DNA of 55,390 nucleotides from a virus (Duplodnaviria; Caudoviricetes): IMG/VR virus record IMGVR_UViG_3300044984_002141, positions 1 to 55,390 of that record; one strand, 5' to 3'. Shown piece by piece: positions 1 to 7,739 of this stretch (position 1 is its first letter; each line of letters starts with the position of its first letter). The notes under the pieces were generated by a model. It saw only the letters and a program-made list of their open reading frames with translations, ran no database searches and was not told where the DNA came from. The position numbers and the translations under genes were made by a program.

Positions 1-2
1 TG

Positions 3-1040
3 AGCTTTATCATATCGTACTTACGTAGAGTATCACCTATAATGAATCAACCAAATCCTGGACCATATAATTTTTGGTTTGAAGGTAATGGTATGTCGTT
101 TGATGATTCATTTGCATCGTATAATTTATCTACAGAAGTGGATAACATTAATATCATCGATAACATAACAGTATATCATTTATATAACGCAAATAGAACG
201 ATGGATGTACATAAATTCATTAACCCAAAGATTGAGTCAGCTGAATTTGGTACGTTTGATATGAGCGATCCAGATGGATGTGAAATAACGCTAAACATAG
301 TTTACGATAGCTATTATCCACAGTTTGGTGTTATACCTGATGTACCAGCACCAGAACTTAATATTACTCAGTTAACAGCATCAACTATTGTTGAAGATAT
401 TAAGGTGAATGGCGCCAAAGATCTTAGTAATTTAACTAATAGTAGTAGCGGTACTTATAGCTACCAAACAGATGTAACTTATATTGATCCACTAAACAGT
501 TACGAAGGTTATCCCACAGTACAAGAGCAGCAAAAGCAGACTGGGCTAGATGGGTCGGATACAAACCTAGACGGTGTAGGGGATGATACGGTTGTAAGAG
601 ATACTGTTGTGAGTGATTATAACACTGAGCAGAATCAACCACTAGAACGTACAAATGCAGATACACCCGATGTGCAAGTATCATTCGATAAAATAGCGAG
701 TGATTATGTTGATACGAACCCAGCGCAGTTAACAGATATTGAAGCTACTACCTTATCTCAAGGTTTAGTAGATAATAATATCGATACTTCGTCTGCACTT
801 GGTGAGACAGCGGTTAGAGTAATAGCTAATAGCATTACACCTAATGATGAAACAATTGCTAATAAATTGTCAGTTGCATATTTTCCACCTGATCCAAATG
901 AAGTAGCTATGGTTGATCAAATGTTAGGTAAAACGTTTGTTCCACCAGCACAAGATCAAGTAGATATGGTAAATCAAATGATCGCTGATTATAAGGCAAG
1001 TTCCGGTATAGATATGTTGGACTTCAATGGGTCGTTTTAA
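3..1040 (+). CDS. Tail-tube-fold baseplate/tube protein (gp19/gp48/gp54-like), 5'-partial
   Basis: Frame is open from the window edge (no stop before ATG 42). Segment ITVYHLY..FINPKIESAEFGTFDMSDPDGCEITLNIVYD resembles the tail-tube C-terminal strand motif; acidic low-complexity tail follows. Confidence 0.5.
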   Translation, partial: SFIISYLRRVSPIMNQPNPGPYNFWFEGNGMSFDDSFASYNLSTEVDNINIIDNITVYHLYNANRTMDVHKFINPKIESAEFGTFDMSDPDGCEITLNIVYDSYYPQFGVIPDVPAPELNITQLTASTIVEDIKVNGAKDLSNLTNSSSGTYSYQTDVTYIDPLNSYEGYPTVQEQQKQTGLDGSDTNLDGVGDDTVVRDTVVSDYNTEQNQPLERTNADTPDVQVSFDKIASDYVDTNPAQLTDIEATTLSQGLVDNNIDTSSALGETAVRVIANSITPNDETIANKLSVAYFPPDPNEVAMVDQMLGKTFVPPAQDQVDMVNQMIADYKASSGIDMLDFNGSF

Positions 1041-1461
1041 ACAGGGGTTGTATAATCCCAAAAATCCTGATAAGTATATCGGAGATATTAAAAAAATCCG
1101 ATATATGTCATCATGGGAATTATCAATGCATTCATTTCTTGATAATAACTTAAAAATTATTAGGTGGAGCTCTGAAACTATTGCTGTACCATATGTAAAA
1201 CCAACTGATAATAAAATTCATCGATACTTTCCTGATTATTATGTGGAATATATTGATAAAAATAATAAAATGCGCAGACTTATTATTGAAGTTAAGCCGC
1301 ATAAGCAAACAAAAGTGTCGAGAGCACGCAACACTAAGAATAAAGTTTATGATGATATTCAATTAGCTGTTAATTTAGCTAAATGGAAAGCATGTACGGA
1401 GTTCTGTAATCATAATGGACTAGAATTTCAGATTATAACTGAAAAACAAATGTTCACTTAG
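1027..1461 (+). CDS. Head completion nuclease, T4 gp4-like (TnsA-type endonuclease)
   Basis: Motifs QGLYNPKNPDKYIGD, YMSSWE, WSSE, HRYFPDY, IIEVKP, NLAKWKA; lies directly upstream of the terminase genes. Confidence 0.9.
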   Translation: MGRFKQGLYNPKNPDKYIGDIKKIRYMSSWELSMHSFLDNNLKIIRWSSETIAVPYVKPTDNKIHRYFPDYYVEYIDKNNKMRRLIIEVKPHKQTKVSRARNTKNKVYDDIQLAVNLAKWKACTEFCNHNGLEFQIITEKQMFT

Positions 1462-1472
1462 ATGTACATTCA

Positions 1473-1480
1473 TCTAAATA
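1473..1480 (+). promoter_or_regulatory. Late promoter-like element (TCTAAATA)
   Basis: Variant of T4 late TATAAATA ending 25 nt before the TerS start codon. Confidence 0.45.
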
Positions 1481-1504
1481 ATATTTTTTACAATAAGAAA
1501 TATT

Positions 1505-1924
1505 ATGTCTGGATCACTTAAGACTCACCCGTTTGAAAACATATTTGATATTGAATCAGGTACTACTTTGATTGAAACTCAAGCACTTGAAGTTATAAAC
1601 TCCACTACGTTTGATTTATACGATGAAAAAGATAAGGAAATTGAAGAACAGTATCAAACTGTGTATAATGCAGCATTTAACGCATTCTTATCTCAAGCAA
1701 ACGCTATGGATAGAGGAGCTGATCCTCGATATACACACTCAAATATGGAGGTTGCCAATCAATTCTTAGCGACCGCATTGCAAGCAGTTAAAGAAAAAGC
1801 CGATCTCAAGTACAAGAAAGAAAAAAACCAATCATCTAGTACAAAAAACATTACTAATAATAATCTTATCATTGATCGTAATGAATTACTAAAGCACTTA
1901 GGTGGGTTCACCCCGATAGAATAG
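1505..1924 (+). CDS. terS: Terminase small subunit (gp16-like)
   Basis: 139 aa, helical core, C-terminal ITNNNLIIDRNELLK typical of T4-like TerS; immediately precedes TerL. Confidence 0.75.
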   Translation: MSGSLKTHPFENIFDIESGTTLIETQALEVINSTTFDLYDEKDKEIEEQYQTVYNAAFNAFLSQANAMDRGADPRYTHSNMEVANQFLATALQAVKEKADLKYKKEKNQSSSTKNITNNNLIIDRNELLKHLGGFTPIE

Positions 1925-1934
1925 TGAATATATA

Positions 1935-1958
1935 CTTGTTTTTATTATTAAAAACAAG
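1935..1958 (+). promoter_or_regulatory. Hairpin overlapping the TerL ribosome-binding site
   Basis: CTTGTTTTTA (1935-1944) pairs with TAAAAACAAG (1949-1958), 4-nt loop; the 3' arm overlaps AAGGA (1956-1960) before ATG 1967. Confidence 0.5.
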
Positions 1959-1966
1959 GATATAGT

Positions 1967-2566
1967 ATGTCTAGGAACGAGTACTTAAAAAAGCCTGGAG
2001 AGCTGGTTGAATACACCACTGACATGGTACGTGAGTTACAGAAGTGTAGTGTAGACCCAGTTTATTTCATTGAAAATTACATAAAAATCACTCATCCGAC
2101 AAAAGGACTGGTGCCATTTATATTATACGATTTTCAACGTGTAATGGTAAAAACATTTCATGAAAATCGATTTTCAATAGCGTGTGCGAGCCGACAAGTA
2201 GGTAAATCACAAACCTCATGTGCATTTATCTTATGGTATGTGTCATTTCACTCACATAAAAACGTATTAATAGCATCAAATAAAGCTAGTGGTGCAAAAG
2301 AGATGTTAACTCGTATATCAGAGATGTACGAGAATCTACCAAAATTTTTAAAACCGGGTATTGATCCATCGAACTGGAACAAACTATCCATATCATTTGA
2401 CAATAACAGTAAAATTATATCAGAAGCAACTACATTAAATAGTGGTCGGGGTATGTCTATATCATTACTATTCTGCTTAGGTGGTGAAACTAATGTAACT
2501 GTACGTAATAAGCGTACTGGTGAGGTTAGTGTTGTTAGTTTAGAACAGCTGTATGGAGGATTATAG
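1967..2566 (+). CDS. terL: Terminase large subunit fragment 1 (ATPase N-part, 169 aa) fused to split-intein IntN-1
   Basis: gp17-like DPVYFIENY, Q-motif LYDFQ, Walker A SRQVGKS, GRGMSISLLF; then intein block A CLGGETNV. Confidence 0.95.
   Translation: MSRNEYLKKPGELVEYTTDMVRELQKCSVDPVYFIENYIKITHPTKGLVPFILYDFQRVMVKTFHENRFSIACASRQVGKSQTSCAFILWYVSFHSHKNVLIASNKASGAKEMLTRISEMYENLPKFLKPGIDPSNWNKLSISFDNNSKIISEATTLNSGRGMSISLLFCLGGETNVTVRNKRTGEVSVVSLEQLYGGL
2474..2563 (+). mobile_element. Split intein 1, N-fragment (30 aa)
   Basis: CLGGETNVTVRNKRTGEVSVVSLEQLYGGL then TAG; Cys1 block A and the xxxLY motif of short atypical IntN fragments. Confidence 0.9.
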
Positions 2567-2568
2567 TA

Positions 2569-3444
2569 ATGTTTGAATGTATAGACAACAAATATAAAGT
2601 GTGGTATTTTGCACTAATACAAAAACGGATATTATCTCCGTGCACTGATAGCCACACAGAATCGCACCATATACAACCCAGAGCGCTAGGTGGAACAAAC
2701 TTACCCAACAACTTAGTACAGCTAAGTGTACGAGAACATATTGTTTGTCATCAAATGTTAGTAAAATTTTTAAAGCACCCGTTAGCAAAACAAAAAATGC
2801 TACTAGCGTTGCATTTCTTATGTCATGGGAGGCACAAGGTTGATGAACGCAAAACTATAATGAATAAATTTTCAAGTAGATTGTTAGCAGAGCTACGTAA
2901 AAATTTACATGAGCCTAAATCTGTAGAGACTCGTGAGCGTATGTCCATTGCACGCACTGGTATCAAGCGAAAATATGAGCACTACATGAAGGTTAACACA
3001 GATCCTGAAAAGATTCGCAAAACTGCGGAGTTTCACAGAGGTAGAAAGCGTAGTGCTCAAACAAAATATAAACAAAGTGTACGTAAAAAAGAGTTCTTAT
3101 CGGTGAATAACCCGTTCAATAAAGGTAAGAAACAGTACTATGATCCAACTAATAGTTTGAACACTGGTGTATATTTTTCAGGTAGTGAGCCAGCCGGGTG
3201 GATATTAGGTAATCAAAAAGCACGAGGTACTAAAACTTGCTATAGTTTAGAAACAGGTGAAGTTAAACGATTTGCGGTGGATAGCATACCAGCTGGGTGG
3301 TTCATCGGGCACCCTAATAATAAGGGGTATGAGATGTATATTAATATACATTCAAATCAACATAAACGGATAAAACCCACTGCGATACCATTATGTGGTG
3401 AATGGGTTCACTGGACTAAATTTAACGAGGTGCGCCATGCGTAG
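2569..3444 (+). CDS. Free-standing HNH homing endonuclease with NUMOD3-like motifs
   Basis: N-terminal ESHHIQPRALGGTN..NNLVQLSVREHIVCH; KSVETRERMSIARTG and RSAQTKYKQS motifs; SD GGAGGA at 2555-2560. Confidence 0.9.
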   Translation: MFECIDNKYKVWYFALIQKRILSPCTDSHTESHHIQPRALGGTNLPNNLVQLSVREHIVCHQMLVKFLKHPLAKQKMLLALHFLCHGRHKVDERKTIMNKFSSRLLAELRKNLHEPKSVETRERMSIARTGIKRKYEHYMKVNTDPEKIRKTAEFHRGRKRSAQTKYKQSVRKKEFLSVNNPFNKGKKQYYDPTNSLNTGVYFSGSEPAGWILGNQKARGTKTCYSLETGEVKRFAVDSIPAGWFIGHPNNKGYEMYINIHSNQHKRIKPTAIPLCGEWVHWTKFNEVRHA

Positions 3445-3763
3445 TAATACAGAATATGAAATTTTATCACCAGATGGTCATTTTTATGATTTTAAAGGTG
3501 TAATTCAATCAACTAAAACCCTACATCAAATTAAGATACAAGATGGTGATGATATATGGGCGTCAGATAATCATATATTCTTTGTAAATGGTATTGCTAC
3601 TAAAGTGAGTAATTTGAGTGATTATGGATTCATTGATTCTATTGATGGTCCAATCGCGTATCAAAAAACATTCAATTATAACATCACTTATGCATATGAT
3701 GTAGTTGAATGTCAAGAAGAAGATCATTTATATACAATTAATAGTAGCATTATAACCCATAAC
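3437..3763 (+). mobile_element. Split intein 1, C-fragment (109 aa)
   Basis: EILSPDG, block B ASDNHIF, block F AYDVVE, block G IITHN followed by Cys+1. Confidence 0.9.
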
Positions 3764-4129
3764 TGTGATGAGTTTGCATTTGTCGCCAATAATATTAGTG
3801 AGCATTTTTGGACTTCAATAAGTCCTACACTATCAACCGGTGGTAATTGTATTATCGCAAGCACACCTAATGGTGATGATAACTTGTATGCTGAGTTATG
3901 GCGTGGTGCTGAAAGTGGAGCTAATGGGTTTACACCTATATTTGTTAAATGGGATACAGTTCCTGGGCGAGATGAGCGATTTAGAGAGCAAGAAATTGCA
4001 AAGATTGGTCTCACAAAATTTCAACAAGAATATGAATGTCTGCGAGGTGATACATTAGTTACAATTTTAGATTCGTTCAACACAGAACGCACATTAACGC
4101 TTAAGGAATTATATGATGAATTTGAGTAA
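3437..4129 (+). CDS. terL: Terminase large subunit fragment 2: IntC-1 + 91-aa middle extein + IntN-2
   Basis: Start refined to ATG 3437 (SD GAGGTG 3427-3432). Extein CDEFAFV...ISPTLSTGG..IIASTPNG...FQQEYE holds the Walker B acidic pair and coupling motif. Confidence 0.93.
   Translation: MRSNTEYEILSPDGHFYDFKGVIQSTKTLHQIKIQDGDDIWASDNHIFFVNGIATKVSNLSDYGFIDSIDGPIAYQKTFNYNITYAYDVVECQEEDHLYTINSSIITHNCDEFAFVANNISEHFWTSISPTLSTGGNCIIASTPNGDDNLYAELWRGAESGANGFTPIFVKWDTVPGRDERFREQEIAKIGLTKFQQEYECLRGDTLVTILDSFNTERTLTLKELYDEFE
4037..4126 (+). mobile_element. Split intein 2, N-fragment (30 aa)
   Basis: CLRGDTLVTILDSFNTERTLTLKELYDEFE then TAA, following extein FQQEYE. Confidence 0.92.
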
Positions 4130-5033
4130 TATTTCTAATCTATTAGCTCAAAAATATGTTATTTCTCCATTAGATGGCAACCAGTATTGTAGAGCAAACG
4201 GATACTTTAAGCGTCACTTACACGACAACGGATTTAATTCATACCATGAGTTTTTTAGATCTATGTATCCAACACTAATACAGCATTGTAAATTTTGTGG
4301 TGTTGAGTGTTCATTTAATAATACAACTATGCAATATAAAATTACATGTGGCGACAGAAAGTGTCAAGGTAAGTTAACATCAGAAATTCTTGCAAGTAGG
4401 GATGATAATTATTGGCCTACAGTGCTATCTCGCAGGTATGAAACGATTAGTAGTCAACCTATTGAATATAAACGTAAAATAATAGAAAAACGTGTGGCTG
4501 AGTGTATTGCGCGGGGTTCTTATCAAAAAGCAGTTGCGGTACGTGAGCAAACATGTTTATTGCGTTACGGTGATAGTAAGTATAATAATAGCACTCAAAT
4601 ATCTAAATCAAAATTAAATTGGACTCCAGAGCGTAAAGCACTATACCATGAACGGTTTTTACAAACCACAGGAGGTAAAAAGCTATACGAGTTTCACACC
4701 ACTGAAACCTGGTATAATAGGTCTATTCGATTACACGAGAGAGGATTAGCGGTTCATCCAGATGAGAGATCAGCCTTACGGTTATATCGGCTTGCAGTTC
4801 AAAGATTAACTGAACAAAATTATAAACAGCATAAGCATATTATTAATCCAAATAATTATACACGAGCAACTAAAAAAGATTGTGAATTAGCATATCACTT
4901 AGATCATATTATACCGATCGTATACGGGTTTGCGCACAATATACCGGTTGATACTATTGCATCGGTTGACAATCTACAGATGTTACACTATAAAGAAAAT
5001 ATTTCAAAAGGAGCTAAGTATGTCAGCATTTAG
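4113..5033 (+). CDS. Free-standing homing endonuclease with C-terminal HNH domain
   Basis: YHLDHIIPI...SVDNLQML..KENISKG at the C-terminus; Cys pairs CKFC and CGDRKC in the N-half; SD TAAGGA 4102-4107. Confidence 0.85.
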   Translation: MMNLSNISNLLAQKYVISPLDGNQYCRANGYFKRHLHDNGFNSYHEFFRSMYPTLIQHCKFCGVECSFNNTTMQYKITCGDRKCQGKLTSEILASRDDNYWPTVLSRRYETISSQPIEYKRKIIEKRVAECIARGSYQKAVAVREQTCLLRYGDSKYNNSTQISKSKLNWTPERKALYHERFLQTTGGKKLYEFHTTETWYNRSIRLHERGLAVHPDERSALRLYRLAVQRLTEQNYKQHKHIINPNNYTRATKKDCELAYHLDHIIPIVYGFAHNIPVDTIASVDNLQMLHYKENISKGAKYVSI

Positions 5034-5349
5034 AGCTAATAATAAAGGGTATCAAATTAAAACACCATATGGATATGAGCCTTTTGCTGGTATATCAATG
5101 AATGGTGTTAAACCAGTTATAAAATTATCGTTATCTAACGGTAAAACAATCACTGGTACCGAAAACCATATCTTATTCACCTCAGATAAATTAGAACGAT
5201 GTATAGGTAATATTAAAATTGATGATGTGCTTGATGGGATAGTACACACGACTGTTACCGGTGTTGTCGCTGATGGAAGTGCTGAAGTCTTTGATGTAAT
5301 TGAAGTACCATCTCATACATTTTATGCAAACAGTGTTGTTAGCCACAAC
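5020..5349 (+). mobile_element. Split intein 2, C-fragment (110 aa)
   Basis: QIKTPYGYEPFAGI, block B TGTENHIL, block F VFDVIEV, block G VVSHN followed by Cys+1. Confidence 0.92.
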
Positions 5350-6138
5350 TGTCATTTTATTAGTAATGACCCGTTATTGTTTAGTTCTATCGGGCTTAGT
5401 AATTATTTTGTTACAGAGATGCCTGCACCTGATGCTAGGGGGATTGTATTCTTTGAACCAATTGAATACGGTAAAACATATTTAATAGCTATGGATCCAG
5501 CAACAGGCACTGGAAGTGATTACACTGTTATAGTAATGTATAGTTTTCCAGATATGGTGCAAATTGCAGAATATCGAGCAAACACTGTTTCATCACCTGC
5601 GGTGTATCATGTACTCAAATATCTACTTAAACTACTTGAAAAATCTAGAGCTGCTAACGCTTATTGGAGTCTAGAAAATAATGGTGTCGGTGAAGGTATC
5701 ATTAGCATGTATGAATCTGATGAAAATCCTGCTGAATTTGGTGAACTTGTATCTGAAGCTGGTAGACGTAGAATAGGCTTTACAACTGGTAAAAATAAAG
5801 CTAAGCATTGTATGACTTTTAAGAATTTATTTGAAGCCGGTAAGATTATTGTGCGTTCACGTAATACTATCTCAGAAATGAAGAATTATATACGTAAAAA
5901 TGGATCATATGCAGCTAGAGTAGGTAGTACAGACGATACAATTTCAGCACACTTAATTTTAATTAGAATATTAGAAGAGATTACATCATACGAAGATCAA
6001 GCGTATGATATCATGTATAAAGATGAATTCTTAAACGAATTTGATAATAATGAAGAGCAATGGGAAGAACCAGCTCCTATCGTGACTAGTAATGATTTTA
6101 ACGAAGCGGATATGTTCAAGCACCTAGAAATGTGGTAA
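5020..6138 (+). CDS. terL: Terminase large subunit fragment 3: IntC-2 + nuclease domain (262 aa)
   Basis: Start refined to ATG 5020 (SD AAGGAG 5008-5013). RNase H-fold nuclease motifs AMDPATGTGSDYT, LENNGVG, TDDTISA. Confidence 0.93.
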   Translation: MSAFRANNKGYQIKTPYGYEPFAGISMNGVKPVIKLSLSNGKTITGTENHILFTSDKLERCIGNIKIDDVLDGIVHTTVTGVVADGSAEVFDVIEVPSHTFYANSVVSHNCHFISNDPLLFSSIGLSNYFVTEMPAPDARGIVFFEPIEYGKTYLIAMDPATGTGSDYTVIVMYSFPDMVQIAEYRANTVSSPAVYHVLKYLLKLLEKSRAANAYWSLENNGVGEGIISMYESDENPAEFGELVSEAGRRRIGFTTGKNKAKHCMTFKNLFEAGKIIVRSRNTISEMKNYIRKNGSYAARVGSTDDTISAHLILIRILEEITSYEDQAYDIMYKDEFLNEFDNNEEQWEEPAPIVTSNDFNEADMFKHLEMW

Positions 6139-6187
6139 TTTGAGGAAAAATCATGTATAATTGAATAGTATAAACTAGGAGATTACC

Positions 6188-7717
6188 ATGATTTCAGTAA
6201 AGGATGCAGCCATTATTTCAAATGGCTCTAACATATCAATAAATTCATTATTTGACATTACACCTACAACCAAATACTTATATCTTAACACATATGGTAG
6301 TAATCGTGTAGTGTCTACTGTAACCCCAAGTAGTGGTGTGCTGTTAGCCAACAATAAAGTTGTTAGTAGTACACCATACTGGGGGTACACCGCTACTACT
6401 ATACTATTTGAATTAAAAAATAATCAATATGTTAGTAGTAAATACGGTAAATTATCAGATATAGTGTTTCAACCTGCAAAATCTAACTATTTAAATTTAA
6501 TATCAATAGCAACTGCAGATAAATTTGACCCAGGGTTATTATTTAATATGGCTGATCCCGGGCAAATCGTTACAGAAATGAGCATTAATCAATATTCAGC
6601 ATCAATACTCACTATGCCTGGTGCAACTGAAAAAACACCTACTATACCTAATATTATTAATACAGCTAACTCATTTATAGGTAAGACATGGAATATTAGT
6701 GGTGGCTGGGCGCTAGTAGATACAATCTCAGCATTATGTGGTACATCATTACCTATGAGTAGTATTAGTACATGGAATCATTTTCAAGGTAATGATAACT
6801 GGGTGGTTAAGTACAATGGTTTAGCTCCAAAAGGTGATTGGAAAACTATGATTGCACCTGGCGATGTTATATTTCTAAGTGATGATTATATGAGACATAG
6901 CACTGCAGCTATTTGTGTAGCTGGAAACGGTATTAATGCTATGGTGGTTGACAACGTTACAACTGCAAACAACAGATTAAATTCACAAGATCTCACAATA
7001 GCTCCAGCTCACTTATTAAGTACTGAGGACGTGTATAATTATACACCAAATAGTCGTGCTTTTATACTTACACTTAAAAATCAAACAGTTCCAGTTGTAT
7101 CTCCACCAATAAATAACAAATATGTTATACGTGGTGTATACGATATGACTGTTAATCCGGTTGATGATATTAAATTAGGTTGCAACGAAGCATTTACTGT
7201 AACGTTAAATAATGTATTTAAGTATGGAAACCCAAATACAGCTATATCTACAACTGTAACCGGTCTACCTAGTTGGGTTAAGTATAATTCATCAACGGGA
7301 TTATTATATGGAACTTCACCAAAAATTGCAAGTAATGTTGAGATTTCTTACAACTTTAAGGTTGGTACATTTACTGGATCTGATAAGATGAAAATAATTG
7401 TTGATCCTACACAATTAGTAGATATTAAAAATACCGCGTGGACGGTTGGCACTGTTAATAGTTTATCTATAAATAAACAATGCACAGATACATATTATTA
7501 CACAGTAAAAACTCCGGATGATATGAGTTGGTTACAAATAGATCAAGTAAACGGTATTTTATTTGGAACGCCACCTGCAATAGGTCTTGGACATAAGTAT
7601 AGTATCACAATATGTCAGCAACATGACGCATTATCATATGCATCTCATGTTGATAATTTTACATTATCTATTATTAACCCAATCACTTTGACTGGTTTGC
7701 AAACAGGTATTACATAA
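6188..7717 (+). CDS. Putative Ig-domain protein with a degenerate CHAP/NlpC-like domain
   Basis: Two putative-Ig motifs (GLPSWVKYNSSTGLLYGT, SWLQIDQVNGILFGTP); central ANSFIGK..GGWALV...PGDVIF...RHST segment. Confidence 0.5.
   Translation: MISVKDAAIISNGSNISINSLFDITPTTKYLYLNTYGSNRVVSTVTPSSGVLLANNKVVSSTPYWGYTATTILFELKNNQYVSSKYGKLSDIVFQPAKSNYLNLISIATADKFDPGLLFNMADPGQIVTEMSINQYSASILTMPGATEKTPTIPNIINTANSFIGKTWNISGGWALVDTISALCGTSLPMSSISTWNHFQGNDNWVVKYNGLAPKGDWKTMIAPGDVIFLSDDYMRHSTAAICVAGNGINAMVVDNVTTANNRLNSQDLTIAPAHLLSTEDVYNYTPNSRAFILTLKNQTVPVVSPPINNKYVIRGVYDMTVNPVDDIKLGCNEAFTVTLNNVFKYGNPNTAISTTVTGLPSWVKYNSSTGLLYGTSPKIASNVEISYNFKVGTFTGSDKMKIIVDPTQLVDIKNTAWTVGTVNSLSINKQCTDTYYYTVKTPDDMSWLQIDQVNGILFGTPPAIGLGHKYSITICQQHDALSYASHVDNFTLSIINPITLTGLQTGIT
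7468..7475 (+). promoter_or_regulatory. Late promoter-like TATAAATA inside a CDS
   Basis: Perfect T4 late consensus about 265 nt upstream of the fibre-gene cluster; intragenic in AT-rich DNA, so it may be chance. Confidence 0.3.
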
Positions 7718-7739
7718 CTACAATTTTTTAAGTTGATAT

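Noticed and set aside
2564-2566. TAG stop-codon reassignment
   Set aside because: Genes across the window are full length in the standard code, and this TAG is followed immediately by an in-frame TAA.
3395-3436. Longer ORF-track starts (3395, 4930, 24137, 54495)
   Set aside because: The extensions overlap neighbouring genes or promoters; internal ATGs fit the SD and domain boundaries better.
2564-5033. Group I introns as the explanation for the terL interruptions
   Set aside because: Endonuclease ORFs abut or overlap the intein-coding ends, leaving no room for a ribozyme core; the intein blocks explain the junctions.
2474-5349. Contiguous endonuclease-containing inteins broken by sequencing errors, or a terL pseudogene
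   Set aside because: All four junctions change frame and each has a well-placed SD and ATG; all catalytic motifs are intact.
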